Part shown: in pieces, positions 1-9,735 of the stretch
How positions within the stretch are numbered: position 1 is the first letter of the stretch
Layout: every line of letters starts with the position of its first letter
DNA from: Christensenellaceae bacterium
Lineage (GTDB): Bacteria > Bacillota > Clostridia > Christensenellales > UBA1750
NCBI GenBank assembly: GCA_031280685.1
Contig: JAITGM010000022.1
Location: 1,656-65,655 of the forward strand
DNA length: 64,000 bases
Direction: 5' to 3'
Program-made: the position numbers and the translations under genes
The notes under the pieces: model-generated
The model's database searches: none
What the model saw: the letters and a program-made list of their open reading frames with translations, nothing else
What the model was told of the DNA's origin: nothing

Positions 1-62
1 TTTACGCGGCTCTTATCCCCGTTTTTTAGCAAAAATCAGGGGCATTGAGAGGATGTAAGGGT

Positions 63-1070
63 ATGAAGGTGGTCGTCTTTCAGCAGGAGGCAATCGGCGG
101 GGAGCCAAGGCGCGAGGAATTAATCGCGGAATGGAAGCGGCGGTTCGCCGCCGTTCCCGGCGTGGATGAACTCGTCTTCCACAACCCGCCCGGCATGGAG
201 GGCATAGACGAACTGATTGGCGACGCGGACGCGCTGCTGGGCATGTGGATTCGCGATCACGCCATCAGCGAAGAATTCCTCGGCAGGCACCCGAAGCTCA
301 AATACATCGCGACCCTCGGGCATGGCTTTGGCGCAATCGACAACGATCTGACCCGCGCGCGCGGCCTGACCGTCACCAACACCATCTATGGGGATTGGAC
401 CATCGCGCAGTACGCCATCGCCCTGCTCTTAGATCTTTGCCACAACATCGCCGGGCAGGATGATTTCTATCGCAACAAGGTCTGGTCCCTGCCGCCGCAA
501 GAGGCCGGCCGCCCGCCGATGCGGGTGGTGAGCCGGCAAATCGAGCTGTATGAAAAGACCTTCGGCGTCTGGGGTTTGGGCAGCATCGGCCTTCGAGCCG
601 CGCAGATGGCGGTGGGCCTGGGCATGAAGGTCATCGGCTGCTCGAGGACGAAAAAACAGGGCCCGCAGTGGGATTTCATCGAGCAGGTTCCCCTGAACGA
701 ACTGCTCTTACGCAGCGACGTGATCTCGCTGCACGTGCCGCTCAGCAAAGAGAGCGCGGGAATCGTGAATAAAGAGAGCATCGCCAGGATGAAGGACGGC
801 GTCATCCTCATCAACACCGCGCGCGGCGCCCTCATCGACGAAAACGATCTGATCGAAGCCCTAAAGAGCGGCAAGGTCTATGCCGCGGGGCTTGACGTGC
901 TGGCAGGCGAGCCGCTGAAGGCGCCCGCGCCCATCATGGCCCTGCCCAACACCCGCATAACCCAGCATATCGCCTGGGCGCCGGCGGAGGCCAGGCTGCG
1001 CACCATCCGGGTGGCGGTAGAGAACTTCAAAAACTGGCTTGAGGGCCACCCGACGAGCGTCGTCAACTAG
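63..1070 (+). CDS. D-isomer-specific 2-hydroxyacid dehydrogenase (glycerate dehydrogenase-like)
   Basis: GVWGLGSIG Rossmann motif, SDVISLHVPL, MKDGVILINTARG, GLDVLAGEP, QHIAW (Arg/Glu/His triad intact). ATG at 63 preferred over TTG at 45. Confidence 0.9.
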   Translation: MKVVVFQQEAIGGEPRREELIAEWKRRFAAVPGVDELVFHNPPGMEGIDELIGDADALLGMWIRDHAISEEFLGRHPKLKYIATLGHGFGAIDNDLTRARGLTVTNTIYGDWTIAQYAIALLLDLCHNIAGQDDFYRNKVWSLPPQEAGRPPMRVVSRQIELYEKTFGVWGLGSIGLRAAQMAVGLGMKVIGCSRTKKQGPQWDFIEQVPLNELLLRSDVISLHVPLSKESAGIVNKESIARMKDGVILINTARGALIDENDLIEALKSGKVYAAGLDVLAGEPLKAPAPIMALPNTRITQHIAWAPAEARLRTIRVAVENFKNWLEGHPTSVVN

Positions 1071-1108
1071 GAAACCGAATAGGGCACAAGGATAAGGGGG
1101 CGAAAGGA

Positions 1109-2617
1109 ATGGCCAAGGCAAAAATCACGGACGGCGCCGCAAGAATGGGCAGCCAGGCCTTGCTGCCCCTCCTGCTTTCGATGGCGGGGCCGGGCATCCT
1201 CAGCTCCTTGACCGCCTTCCTTTACATGAACATCAACCGCAAGTTCGTCGGGGATTTCGTGGGCCCCAGCGCGCTTGGCGTCTTTGGGGTGATGAACCCC
1301 ATCACCAACATCGTCACGGCGCTGAGCCTCTTCATCACCGTGGGCGGCGCCTCGATGCTCTCTTTAAGCCTTGGGCGCGGCGACCGCGAGCGGGCAGACA
1401 GGCTCTTTACCAACATCGTGCTGCAGTCCGTCGGGATGGCGGGCATCTTAAGCGCGGTCTTCCTCCTCTTCAAGCATCAGCTGGTCGCCGCCTGCGGCGC
1501 CGCGCCGGGCAGCGAAATTTACGGCTATGCGGTGGAGTATTTAGAGATCACGGCCTGGGGCCAGGTGCCCAATCTCATCAACGTGGGGCTGGCCTCGGTC
1601 ATCCGGGCGCAGGGCAATACACGGTATTCGATGATGGCGACCCTCATCGGCGCCTTCGTCAACGTGGGGCTGAATTTCGTCGTCGTCGCCGGCATGCCCC
1701 TTTCGCTGGGCGTGCGCGGCGCGGCCATGGCTACGGTGGCCAGCCAAACGGTGGGCGCGCTGGTTTCAATCGCCTACTTCGCTTTTGGCAAAAGCCCGCT
1801 CCGCTTCCTGGGGCTGAAGGCCGCAAGCCTTTGGCAAATGCTCTCGATCGCCAAGATGGGGATCGCCCCTTCGATCTTCCAGATGCTGAGCTTCGTTTAT
1901 AACCTCATCATCAACCGAGCCCTGCAAAATTTCGGTGCCCTCGATGCCCGGCTCAACGCCCTGAGCGGCGGCCGCGGCGGCGACTTGGCCCTTTCTATCT
2001 TCACGGTCGTCGCCACGCTCGATGGCTTCGTCGTTACCTTGGGCATGGGCGTAAACCAGGCGGCCTCGCCCATCATCAGCTATAACTACGGCGCGCGGCG
2101 TTTCGCCAGGGTGCGAAAGGCCTCGCTGCTCTCACAGGGCCTGGGCTTCATCTTCGCCATCGGCATTTGGCTGCTCGCCATGCTGGCTCCGGAGCCGATC
2201 TTCCGCTTCTTTGGCATTGCAGACCCCGAGCTTCTGCGCTTTGGCGCGAGCGCCATGCGCCTTTCGAAGCCCTTTCTGCTCTTTGGCATTTTCCAGATGC
2301 TCGTGTCGATGTACTTTTCGGGCATCGGCAAGCCCGAGGTAGCCACGCTGGTTTCGCTCTCGCGCAGCGGTGTCTTCCTCATCCCAGGCCTGCTGATTTT
2401 CCCCCGCTTTTTCGGTCTGGACGGCGTTTTTTACGCAAACCCGGTTTCGGATTGCCTCTCGCTGCTGGTGGTCGGCTTCTTATATTACCGCGAGATGCGG
2501 CGTCTCTCGTCCCTGGAAGAGGGGGAGGCCATCCACGACAAAGGCCTGATCAGGGAACTGGTTTTTGGGAAAAAGCGCAAAAATGGACGCCCCCAGATCG
2601 AACGGGGGCAGGATTAG
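1109..2617 (+). CDS. MATE family efflux transporter
   Basis: About 12 hydrophobic segments; RAQGNT..SM, GVRGAAMATVASQ and PIISYNYGA motifs. Confidence 0.9.
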   Translation: MAKAKITDGAARMGSQALLPLLLSMAGPGILSSLTAFLYMNINRKFVGDFVGPSALGVFGVMNPITNIVTALSLFITVGGASMLSLSLGRGDRERADRLFTNIVLQSVGMAGILSAVFLLFKHQLVAACGAAPGSEIYGYAVEYLEITAWGQVPNLINVGLASVIRAQGNTRYSMMATLIGAFVNVGLNFVVVAGMPLSLGVRGAAMATVASQTVGALVSIAYFAFGKSPLRFLGLKAASLWQMLSIAKMGIAPSIFQMLSFVYNLIINRALQNFGALDARLNALSGGRGGDLALSIFTVVATLDGFVVTLGMGVNQAASPIISYNYGARRFARVRKASLLSQGLGFIFAIGIWLLAMLAPEPIFRFFGIADPELLRFGASAMRLSKPFLLFGIFQMLVSMYFSGIGKPEVATLVSLSRSGVFLIPGLLIFPRFFGLDGVFYANPVSDCLSLLVVGFLYYREMRRLSSLEEGEAIHDKGLIRELVFGKKRKNGRPQIERGQD

Positions 2618-2642
2618 GGTTTCATTCTTCATCATCTCTCGT

Positions 2643-2694
2643 CAACAATGGCGTTGCACGGGGCCGCAAGGCCCCTGGCAGCGCCTTTTTGTTT
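2643..2694 (+). promoter_or_regulatory. Putative ANTAR-type attenuator (hexaloop hairpin overlapping an intrinsic terminator) upstream of opp1; may also terminate the MATE transcript
   Basis: CAAC-AATGGC-GTTG (2643-2656) overlaps the terminator GGCGTTGC..GGGGCC-GCAA-GGCCCC..GCAGCGCC-TTTTTGTTT (2650-2694). Confidence 0.65.
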
Positions 2695-2721
2695 CCAAAC
2701 CAAGCATAGGGGGGAGCCAAG

Positions 2722-3636
2722 ATGCTCAAAACCATCCTCAAGCGGGTTCTCGTCGGCGTGGCGACCATGTTCGTGCTCATCACGGTGACCTTCTTCCTGG
2801 TTCGGCTGATGCCGGGCAGCCCCTTCGAGGCCGAAAACGTTTCAGCCCAGATGATCGCTTCGCTCGAGAAGGAGTACGGCCTTGACCAGCCGCTGCTCAA
2901 CCAATACCTGCTCTATTTAGAAAAGGTTCTGCACGGCGACCTGGGGATCTCTTACAAGAAGAACATCTCCGTGGTCACGCTAATCGGCAGGGGCATGCCG
3001 GCCACGATGCAAATCGGGCTTTTGGCCTTTTTGCTGGCCGCCGTCGTGGGCATCGGCCTTGGCATCTGGCAGGCCAGCACCAAGAGCGGCTTCATCCGCG
3101 GGCTTCTGGTTTCCTACGCGACGCTGGGCGTCAGCCTGCCGGGCTTCGTGACCGCTCTTTTGCTCATCGTGGTGTTCGGGGCCTGGCTGCAGGCGCTGCC
3201 GGTGGTCGGGCTGACCAGCCCCAAGCATTACATCCTGCCGGTGATCGCGCAGGCCTTCGGGCCGATTGCCACGATCTCCAGGCTCGTCAAGAGCAGCTAC
3301 TCAGAGGCCATGCAGATGGACTACGTAACCATGGCCCGGGCCAAGGGCCTGCGGCCCTGGCAGATCTCGCTCAAACACATCCTCAAAAACGCGATTCTGC
3401 CCGTCATCACCTACTTCGGCCCGGCGATCGCCTTCCTGCTCACGGGCTCCTTCGTGGTCGAAAGCCTCTTTTCCATCCCCGGCATCGGCAAGGAATTCGT
3501 CAGCGCCATCTCAAACCGCGATTACACCTTGGTTTTAGGCCTTTCCATCTTCATCGGCGGGGTGATCATCGTCGCGAACCTCGTGGTGGATCTGCTCTGC
3601 GCGGTCGTGGATCCGCGCATCAAGCTCAACGATTAA
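2722..3636 (+). CDS. oppB: Oligopeptide ABC transporter permease
   Basis: PGSPF, YGLDQPLLNQY, DYVTMARAKGL (EAA region), VESLFSIPGIG, DPRI C-terminus. Confidence 0.93.
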   Translation: MLKTILKRVLVGVATMFVLITVTFFLVRLMPGSPFEAENVSAQMIASLEKEYGLDQPLLNQYLLYLEKVLHGDLGISYKKNISVVTLIGRGMPATMQIGLLAFLLAAVVGIGLGIWQASTKSGFIRGLLVSYATLGVSLPGFVTALLLIVVFGAWLQALPVVGLTSPKHYILPVIAQAFGPIATISRLVKSSYSEAMQMDYVTMARAKGLRPWQISLKHILKNAILPVITYFGPAIAFLLTGSFVVESLFSIPGIGKEFVSAISNRDYTLVLGLSIFIGGVIIVANLVVDLLCAVVDPRIKLND

Positions 3637-3653
3637 ACAAGGAGGTGCCCCCA

Positions 3654-4571
3654 ATGGAAACCCCCAAAAAGGGCTTTTGGTTTGAACCCATCGAGCCTGA
3701 GCTGCAAAACAGCGAGTTTATCGCCGTTGAGTCCAAGGGCTTTCTAGCCGAGGCCTCGGCGCGCTTCCTTCGCAACAAGCGCGCGGTGTTTGGCCTGGCC
3801 ATCCTCGTCTTCTTCGCCGCGTTGGCGCTGTTTGGGCCCTTCCTCGTGCCCTACAGCTACGATGGGCAGTCCCCCGCCTTCGTCAACGCGCCGCCTTCCG
3901 CCGCGCACTGGCTCGGGGCGGATAAGTTCGGCAGGGATCTCTTCGTCAGGCTCTGCTACGGCGCGAGAATCAGCCTGTTCATCGGCTTTGCCAGCGCGCT
4001 GATCAACCTGGTCATCGGCTGCGTGCTGGGCGGCATTTCGGGCTACGCGGGCGGCAAGGTCGATCTGATCATCATGCGCGCGGTCGATATCATCTATGCG
4101 GTGCCCTCGATGCTCTATGTCATCCTCATCATGATGGCGCTCGGGGCCAACACCAAGTCCATCCTCATCGGCATCTGCATCCCCGGCTGGATCGGCATGG
4201 CCAGGCAGGTGCGTGGGCAGATCATCTCATTGAAGCAGCAGGAATTTTCGATGGCCGCGCTGGTGCTCGGCGCGGGCGACGGCCGCATCCTCTTTAAGCA
4301 TCTGATGATCAACGCGATCGGCCCGATCATCGTGCAGCTAACCTTCCTGGTGCCGCAGGCGATCTTTACCGAGGCCTTTTTGAGCTTCGTGGGCGTGGGC
4401 ATCTCGGCGCCGCTGGCCTCCTGGGGCTCGATGTGCCAAAGCGCGCGGGAGTTCATCACCCTTTACCCCTTGCAGATGCTCTGGCCCACGCTCTCGATCT
4501 CGCTGACCATCTTCTCGCTGAACTTCCTGGGCGAGGGCATCGGCGACGCGCTGAACCCCCGCAGCAAATAA
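3654..4571 (+). CDS. oppC: Oligopeptide ABC transporter permease
   Basis: HWLGADKFGRDLF, GARISL, TEAFLSFVGVG, GDALNPR. GGAGG RBS at 3641-3645 favours ATG 3654. Confidence 0.93.
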   Translation: METPKKGFWFEPIEPELQNSEFIAVESKGFLAEASARFLRNKRAVFGLAILVFFAALALFGPFLVPYSYDGQSPAFVNAPPSAAHWLGADKFGRDLFVRLCYGARISLFIGFASALINLVIGCVLGGISGYAGGKVDLIIMRAVDIIYAVPSMLYVILIMMALGANTKSILIGICIPGWIGMARQVRGQIISLKQQEFSMAALVLGAGDGRILFKHLMINAIGPIIVQLTFLVPQAIFTEAFLSFVGVGISAPLASWGSMCQSAREFITLYPLQMLWPTLSISLTIFSLNFLGEGIGDALNPRSK

Positions 4572-4590
4572 CGAAAGGAGCGTTCCCTGC

Positions 4591-5685
4591 ATGAGCCTTT
4601 TAGAGATCAGGCACCTTAGCACCCACTTCCAGACCGCCCAGGGCACGGTGAAGGCCCTTCGCGATGTTTCTTTCAGGGTTTCGCCCGGCGAGGTTTTCGG
4701 GCTGGTCGGGGAATCCGGCTCGGGCAAGAGCGTGTCGATGCTCAGCCTGATGGGCCTGCTGGGGGAAAACAGCGTAATCCCCGAGGGGGAGATCCTCTTT
4801 GGCGGCCGCGATATTTCCCCCTCGGAGCTTAACACGAAGAAAAAACGCCGCGAGTACGAAAAAAAGATGCGCAAGCTGCGCGGCGGCGAGATCTCGATGA
4901 TCTTTCAGGACCCGATGACCTTCCTAAACCCCGTTTTGAAGATCGGCACCCAGATCTGCGAGGGCATTTTAGCCCATATCCACTGCTCGCGGGAGGAAGC
5001 GCGGATCCGCGCCATCGAGCTGATGCGCCAGGTGGGCATTCCCAGCCCCGAAAAGCGGCTGGAGCAGTACCCCTTCGAGTTCTCGGGCGGGATGCGGCAG
5101 CGCATCATCATCGCGGCCGCGCTGGCCTGCAAGCCCAAGCTGATCATCGCGGATGAACCCACCACCGCCCTTGACGTAACCGTGCAGGCGCAGATCCTGG
5201 AGCTGATCCAGACCCTCACCGATGAAAGCGGCGCCGCGGTCATCATGATTACCCACGATTTGGGGGTCGTGGCCACGCTTTGCGACCGGATCGCCATCCT
5301 CTATGCCGGGCGGGTGATGGAAGAGGGCCTGACGGAAGAGATCTTCTACAACCCCAAGCACCCCTACACCAGGGGCCTGCTGGGCAGCATCAACAATTCC
5401 GAAAAGGATGGCAACGAGCCCTTGCGGCCCATCCCCGGCACGCCGCCGGACCTGCTGAAGCTGCCCGCGGGCTGCGCCTTCATGCCCAGGTGCCAAGAAG
5501 CCCTGCGCATCTGCGCCGCGCAGGAGCCGCCCGAAAGCTCCTTTTCGGGCACGCATCGCTGCTTCTGCTGGCAAAACTCCATGGATGCTTCGCTCATCAC
5601 GGTTCCCACGCCGGCCGCGGCGAAAAGGGCCCCAAGCGAAGCCGAAGCCCAAAATTTGGCGCTGAGCGCCGCTCGGGAGGGATAA
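4591..5685 (+). CDS. oppD: Oligopeptide ABC transporter ATP-binding protein
   Basis: GESGSGKS, FSGGMRQR, IIADEPTTALD, HPYTRGLL, C-terminal Cys-rich domain. Confidence 0.95.
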   Translation: MSLLEIRHLSTHFQTAQGTVKALRDVSFRVSPGEVFGLVGESGSGKSVSMLSLMGLLGENSVIPEGEILFGGRDISPSELNTKKKRREYEKKMRKLRGGEISMIFQDPMTFLNPVLKIGTQICEGILAHIHCSREEARIRAIELMRQVGIPSPEKRLEQYPFEFSGGMRQRIIIAAALACKPKLIIADEPTTALDVTVQAQILELIQTLTDESGAAVIMITHDLGVVATLCDRIAILYAGRVMEEGLTEEIFYNPKHPYTRGLLGSINNSEKDGNEPLRPIPGTPPDLLKLPAGCAFMPRCQEALRICAAQEPPESSFSGTHRCFCWQNSMDASLITVPTPAAAKRAPSEAEAQNLALSAAREG

Positions 5686-5689
5686 GTCA

Positions 5690-6736
5690 GTGGCTGAAAA
5701 GCTCTTGGAGGTCACCGACCTGTGCAAGTATTTTGAGCTCAAGCGCGGCCTGAAAGGCACGCAGGTAGTCAAGGCCGTAGACCACGTTTCCTTCGAGATC
5801 GCAAAGGGCGAAACCCTGGGCCTTGTGGGCGAGAGCGGCTGCGGCAAGTCCAGTCTCGGGCGCACGCTGCTGCGCATCTACGAGCCCACGGCGGGCGAGA
5901 TCCTCTACTGCGGCAAGGATCTGGCCAGGCTCTCGCGCAGGGGGTTTTTGCCCTACCGCCGCAAAATCCAGATGATCTTTCAGGATCCCTACGCTTCGCT
6001 CAACCCGCGCCTGACCGTGGGCGAGATCATCGGCGAAGGCATGCAGATCCACAAGCTCTGCACGAAGGCCCAGGCCACGCGCCGCGTGCAGGAACTGCTC
6101 GAGCTGGTGGGCCTAAAGCCAGACCATATCCGCCGCTACCCGCATGAGTTCTCGGGCGGGCAGAGGCAGCGCATCTGCATCGCGCGGACGCTGAGCCTCG
6201 ACCCTGAGTTCATCGTCTGCGACGAACCGATCTCGGCGCTTGATGTTTCCATCCAGGCCCAGGTCATCAACCTTTTGGAACTCATCCAGAAGGAGCGCGG
6301 CATCAGCTACCTCTTCATCGCGCACGATTTGGGCATGGTCAAGCACATTTCACACCGCATCGGGGTGATGTATCTGGGCCACATGGTGGAAACCGGCCCC
6401 TCGAACGACGTTTACCACGACCCGCTCCACCCCTACACCCGCGCGCTGCTCTCGGCGGAGCCGATTCCGGACCCTAGGGCGGCCCACTTAAAGAAGCGCA
6501 TCCTCTTGGAGGGCGAGATCCCAAGCCCGATCCATCCGCCAAAGGGCTGCCCCTTCGTCACCCGCTGCCCCTATGCCATGGAGGTCTGCGCGGCCATTCA
6601 GCCGCCGAGCTTCGAGCTGGAAAACCGCAAGGTTTCCTGCTTCCTCTACGAGCAGTGGCGCATCCGCGAGCGCGGGGGCAAAGGCCTGGCCTCCCTTCCC
6701 CAAAAAGCCCCCGCCCAACCGCCCGCAAACGCCTAA
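5690..6736 (+). CDS. oppF: Oligopeptide ABC transporter ATP-binding protein
   Basis: GESGCGKS, FSGGQRQR, VCDEPISALD, HPYTRALLS, GCPFVTRC. Confidence 0.95.
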   Translation: MAEKLLEVTDLCKYFELKRGLKGTQVVKAVDHVSFEIAKGETLGLVGESGCGKSSLGRTLLRIYEPTAGEILYCGKDLARLSRRGFLPYRRKIQMIFQDPYASLNPRLTVGEIIGEGMQIHKLCTKAQATRRVQELLELVGLKPDHIRRYPHEFSGGQRQRICIARTLSLDPEFIVCDEPISALDVSIQAQVINLLELIQKERGISYLFIAHDLGMVKHISHRIGVMYLGHMVETGPSNDVYHDPLHPYTRALLSAEPIPDPRAAHLKKRILLEGEIPSPIHPPKGCPFVTRCPYAMEVCAAIQPPSFELENRKVSCFLYEQWRIRERGGKGLASLPQKAPAQPPANA

Positions 6737-6778
6737 AATAGGCGCGGAGAATAAACACTTACGAGGAGGTTTTCGAAA

Positions 6779-8440
6779 ATGACCCGTTTTGCAAAGCTTT
6801 TGAGCGTTTTTTTGATCCTTTCCCTGCTCGCGCTGAGCTTGGCCGCCTGCGGCGGCGCACAGGCCCCCGAAACAAGCCCGGCAGGCGCTGCCGCCTCCCC
6901 CTCGGGCGGAGGCGAAAGGGAGATCACCATACGCATGGAGCCTGAAACCGGCACCCTGGACCCCGCGGGCAATTCCTCGATCACATACTGGGGCTACGCG
7001 GCCTACGCGCTGGCTCCGCTGGTCGAGCTGGCGCCGGACGGCTCCTACGACTATATCATCGCCGAAAGCTGCGACATCAATGAAGACAATACGGTCTTCA
7101 CCTTCCACTTCCGCGAGGGCGCGGCCTGGTCCGACGGCAGCCCCTGCACCCCCGCGGACTACATCAACACCATGAAAAGGGCTCTTGATCCCGCCTGCGG
7201 CTCGGGCTATTCCGACTTCCTTTTTAAGGTCAAGAACGGCAAGGCCATCTATGAGGGCAGCGCCGACCCCGATACCTTAGGCGTTTCCGCGCCGGATGAC
7301 AAGACCCTGGTCATCACGCTGGAGGAACCCTGCCAGTACTTCCTCGACCTGCTCTTTCTGCCCGTTTTCTACCCTTCTCATGCCGAAAAGGCCACCGAAA
7401 CCAACGGCGACTGGTGCTTTGACCCGGCGCGCAGCCTGGCCAACGGCCCCTTCTACCTGGCCGAGTATGTGCCCGAGCAGTATATCCTGCTAAAGAAGAA
7501 CCCCTACTACGTGCAGAAGGAGCGCATCAGCCTGGATTCCATCAAGCTGCTCGCCATCGCGGATACCCAGTCGGCCATCAGCGCGTATAAGACCGGCGAG
7601 GTGGACGTGACCAGCGCGGACTACACGGTTCTGGCAGAGTATGAGGGCGAGGACGATCTGGTCATCCTGCCGAGCATGACGAGCTACTACACCCTGCTCA
7701 ACTGGGACCGCGAGCCCCTCAGCAACCCGCTGGTGCGCGAGGCGCTCTCTATCTCAATTGATCGCGACGCGATCGCGGCCTCGGCGGGCAAGGGCAGCTA
7801 CGAGCCCACGAGTTTCTTCGTCGCCAGGTACATGACCAGCAAGCTCGGCGGCGGCGAAGGCAAAAAGTGGGGCGAAGAGGTTGACCCCTTGCTGGCGCTG
7901 AATATCGAGCGGGCGCAGCAGCTCCTGGCTGAGGCCGGCTACCCGGGCGGCGAGGGCTTCCCGGAGCTGAGCTTCAAATACCCTGCCATGGAGGTCGAGG
8001 CTGCCATCGCGCAGTCGATGCAGGCGCAATGGAAGCAGAACCTGGGCATCACGGTCAACCTCGAAGCGCAGGAGTACCAGGTCAACATCTCGGACCGCAG
8101 GGCCGGCGATTTCGATATTTGCCGCATGCGCTGGACTGCGGACTATGCGGATCCGACGACCTTCCTGAGCATGTACACGGCCAGCGCCAGCTATAACGAC
8201 AGCGGCGTCGCCAGCGCGAAGTACGAGGAGCTTCTGGCCCTTTCCGAGCGCGAAGGCGAGCCCTCGAAGCGCTTCCAGCTCCTGCACGATACGGAAAAGG
8301 TTCTCGTCGCGGAGGAGTTCGCCTTCATCCCGACGCTGGCCGGCATTGGCGTGACGCTGCGCAGCCCAAAACTTGGAAATATCGTCATCAACCCCAGCCG
8401 CAACACCCCGTTCTATAAATACGCCACCCTCGCGGACTAA
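6779..8440 (+). CDS. oppA: Oligopeptide ABC transporter substrate-binding lipoprotein (family 5)
   Basis: Signal peptide with lipobox LAAC; TLDP, WSDGSP, NGPFYL, WTADYADP motifs. Confidence 0.92.
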   Translation: MTRFAKLLSVFLILSLLALSLAACGGAQAPETSPAGAAASPSGGGEREITIRMEPETGTLDPAGNSSITYWGYAAYALAPLVELAPDGSYDYIIAESCDINEDNTVFTFHFREGAAWSDGSPCTPADYINTMKRALDPACGSGYSDFLFKVKNGKAIYEGSADPDTLGVSAPDDKTLVITLEEPCQYFLDLLFLPVFYPSHAEKATETNGDWCFDPARSLANGPFYLAEYVPEQYILLKKNPYYVQKERISLDSIKLLAIADTQSAISAYKTGEVDVTSADYTVLAEYEGEDDLVILPSMTSYYTLLNWDREPLSNPLVREALSISIDRDAIAASAGKGSYEPTSFFVARYMTSKLGGGEGKKWGEEVDPLLALNIERAQQLLAEAGYPGGEGFPELSFKYPAMEVEAAIAQSMQAQWKQNLGITVNLEAQEYQVNISDRRAGDFDICRMRWTADYADPTTFLSMYTASASYNDSGVASAKYEELLALSEREGEPSKRFQLLHDTEKVLVAEEFAFIPTLAGIGVTLRSPKLGNIVINPSRNTPFYKYATLAD

Positions 8441-8449
8441 ACTTTTTGC

Positions 8450-8478
8450 TTGACTTCGCGCAGGCGCTCGCGTACAAT
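8450..8478 (+). promoter_or_regulatory. Sigma-A-type promoter for the aminotransferase/PatB/GNAT unit
   Basis: TTGACT (8450-8455), 17 bp, TACAAT (8473-8478). Confidence 0.7.
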
Positions 8479-8572
8479 CAAACAAAGCGTGGTAAGCCTA
8501 TCTGTTTACTTTGTTTCCGAGGGGCGAAGGGATTCGCCCCTCGGGGCCTTCCACCCGCAAGGAGGAAAAACC

Positions 8573-9691
8573 ATGCCTGACTTCGAATCGCTCATCAAAC
8601 CCGCGCTTTTGGCCATGCCGCTCTTTCGGCCCTCAGCGGCCGCCGCGGATGTGATGAAGAAATATAACCTAAGCTCCGTAACCAAGCTGAGCATGAACGA
8701 AAACCAGTACGGCCCTTCGCCAAGGGCCATCGAAGCCATGATCGGCGAGGCGAAATCCCACGCCTTCCAATATCCGGATCGCCAGGGCGAACTGCTCCGG
8801 GCAATCGCTCAAAAGCACGGCGTCACGCCGCAAGGCCTCGCCATTTCGGCGGGCGCTTCGGGCATCCTCAACGCAATTGGCGATACCTTCATCCTTCCGG
8901 GCGACGAGGTCATCCTCTCGTCGATGCCCTACCAGCAATATCCCATGGTCGTGGCCCGCAACGATGGAAAGATCGTGACCATCCCCGTGCGGGAGGATTT
9001 AAGGCAGGATTTGGACGCCACGCTTGCCGCCATCGGCGGCAAGACCAAGCTCATCATGCTCTGCAACCCGGGCAATCCAAGCTCCGTAGCCGAAAATACG
9101 GCGGAATTGGAGGCCTTCATCCAAAAAGTGCCCGAAAGGGTCATCCTGATGGTGGATGAAGCCTACCTCGACTTCGCCACCGACCCGGAGCGCAAAAAGT
9201 CCATGATCCCAAACATAGAACGGCACCCCAACCTCATCGTCGTGCGCACCTTTTCCAAGCTCTACGGCCTGGCCGGGCTGCGCATCGGCTACGGCGTTTC
9301 AAGCCCCGAGCTCATCGCCTGCTTATCGCGCGGCGGGGCGCTCAGTTCGGTCAACCGCCTGGCCATGGCGGCCGCCATCGCGGCGCTCGAAGACGAAAGC
9401 TATCAGCGCTTCATCTACGATTCCATCACTGAGGATCGCGAAATGCTCGCCGAGCGCTTCAGGGGCTATGGCTGGGCGGTTTACCCCTCTTCGACGAACT
9501 TCCTCTACTTCAAAACCGGCCTTGACGCGGGCGCCCTGCTGGAAGCGCTGCAAGCGCGCGGCATCCTCATCCGCAATTTCGAGTTCAACCGCATTTCCGT
9601 CGGCACCAGGGAGCAAAACCGCGCGCTGCTCGGCGCGCTTGACGAGATTCTCCACTCGGGCGCGCTAAACAGGGCGGCGCGCAGCGCGTAA
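8573..9691 (+). CDS. Histidinol-phosphate aminotransferase-like PLP-dependent enzyme
   Basis: KLSMNEN, CNPGNP, VDEAY, RTFSKLYGLAGLRIGYG. GGAGG RBS at 8561 fixes the start at 8573. Confidence 0.85.
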   Translation: MPDFESLIKPALLAMPLFRPSAAAADVMKKYNLSSVTKLSMNENQYGPSPRAIEAMIGEAKSHAFQYPDRQGELLRAIAQKHGVTPQGLAISAGASGILNAIGDTFILPGDEVILSSMPYQQYPMVVARNDGKIVTIPVREDLRQDLDATLAAIGGKTKLIMLCNPGNPSSVAENTAELEAFIQKVPERVILMVDEAYLDFATDPERKKSMIPNIERHPNLIVVRTFSKLYGLAGLRIGYGVSSPELIACLSRGGALSSVNRLAMAAAIAALEDESYQRFIYDSITEDREMLAERFRGYGWAVYPSSTNFLYFKTGLDAGALLEALQARGILIRNFEFNRISVGTREQNRALLGALDEILHSGALNRAARSA

Positions 9692-9735
9692 CGTTTCTTA
9701 TGCGCGGGCCGATCCGCGCGGATATAAGGGGGAAT

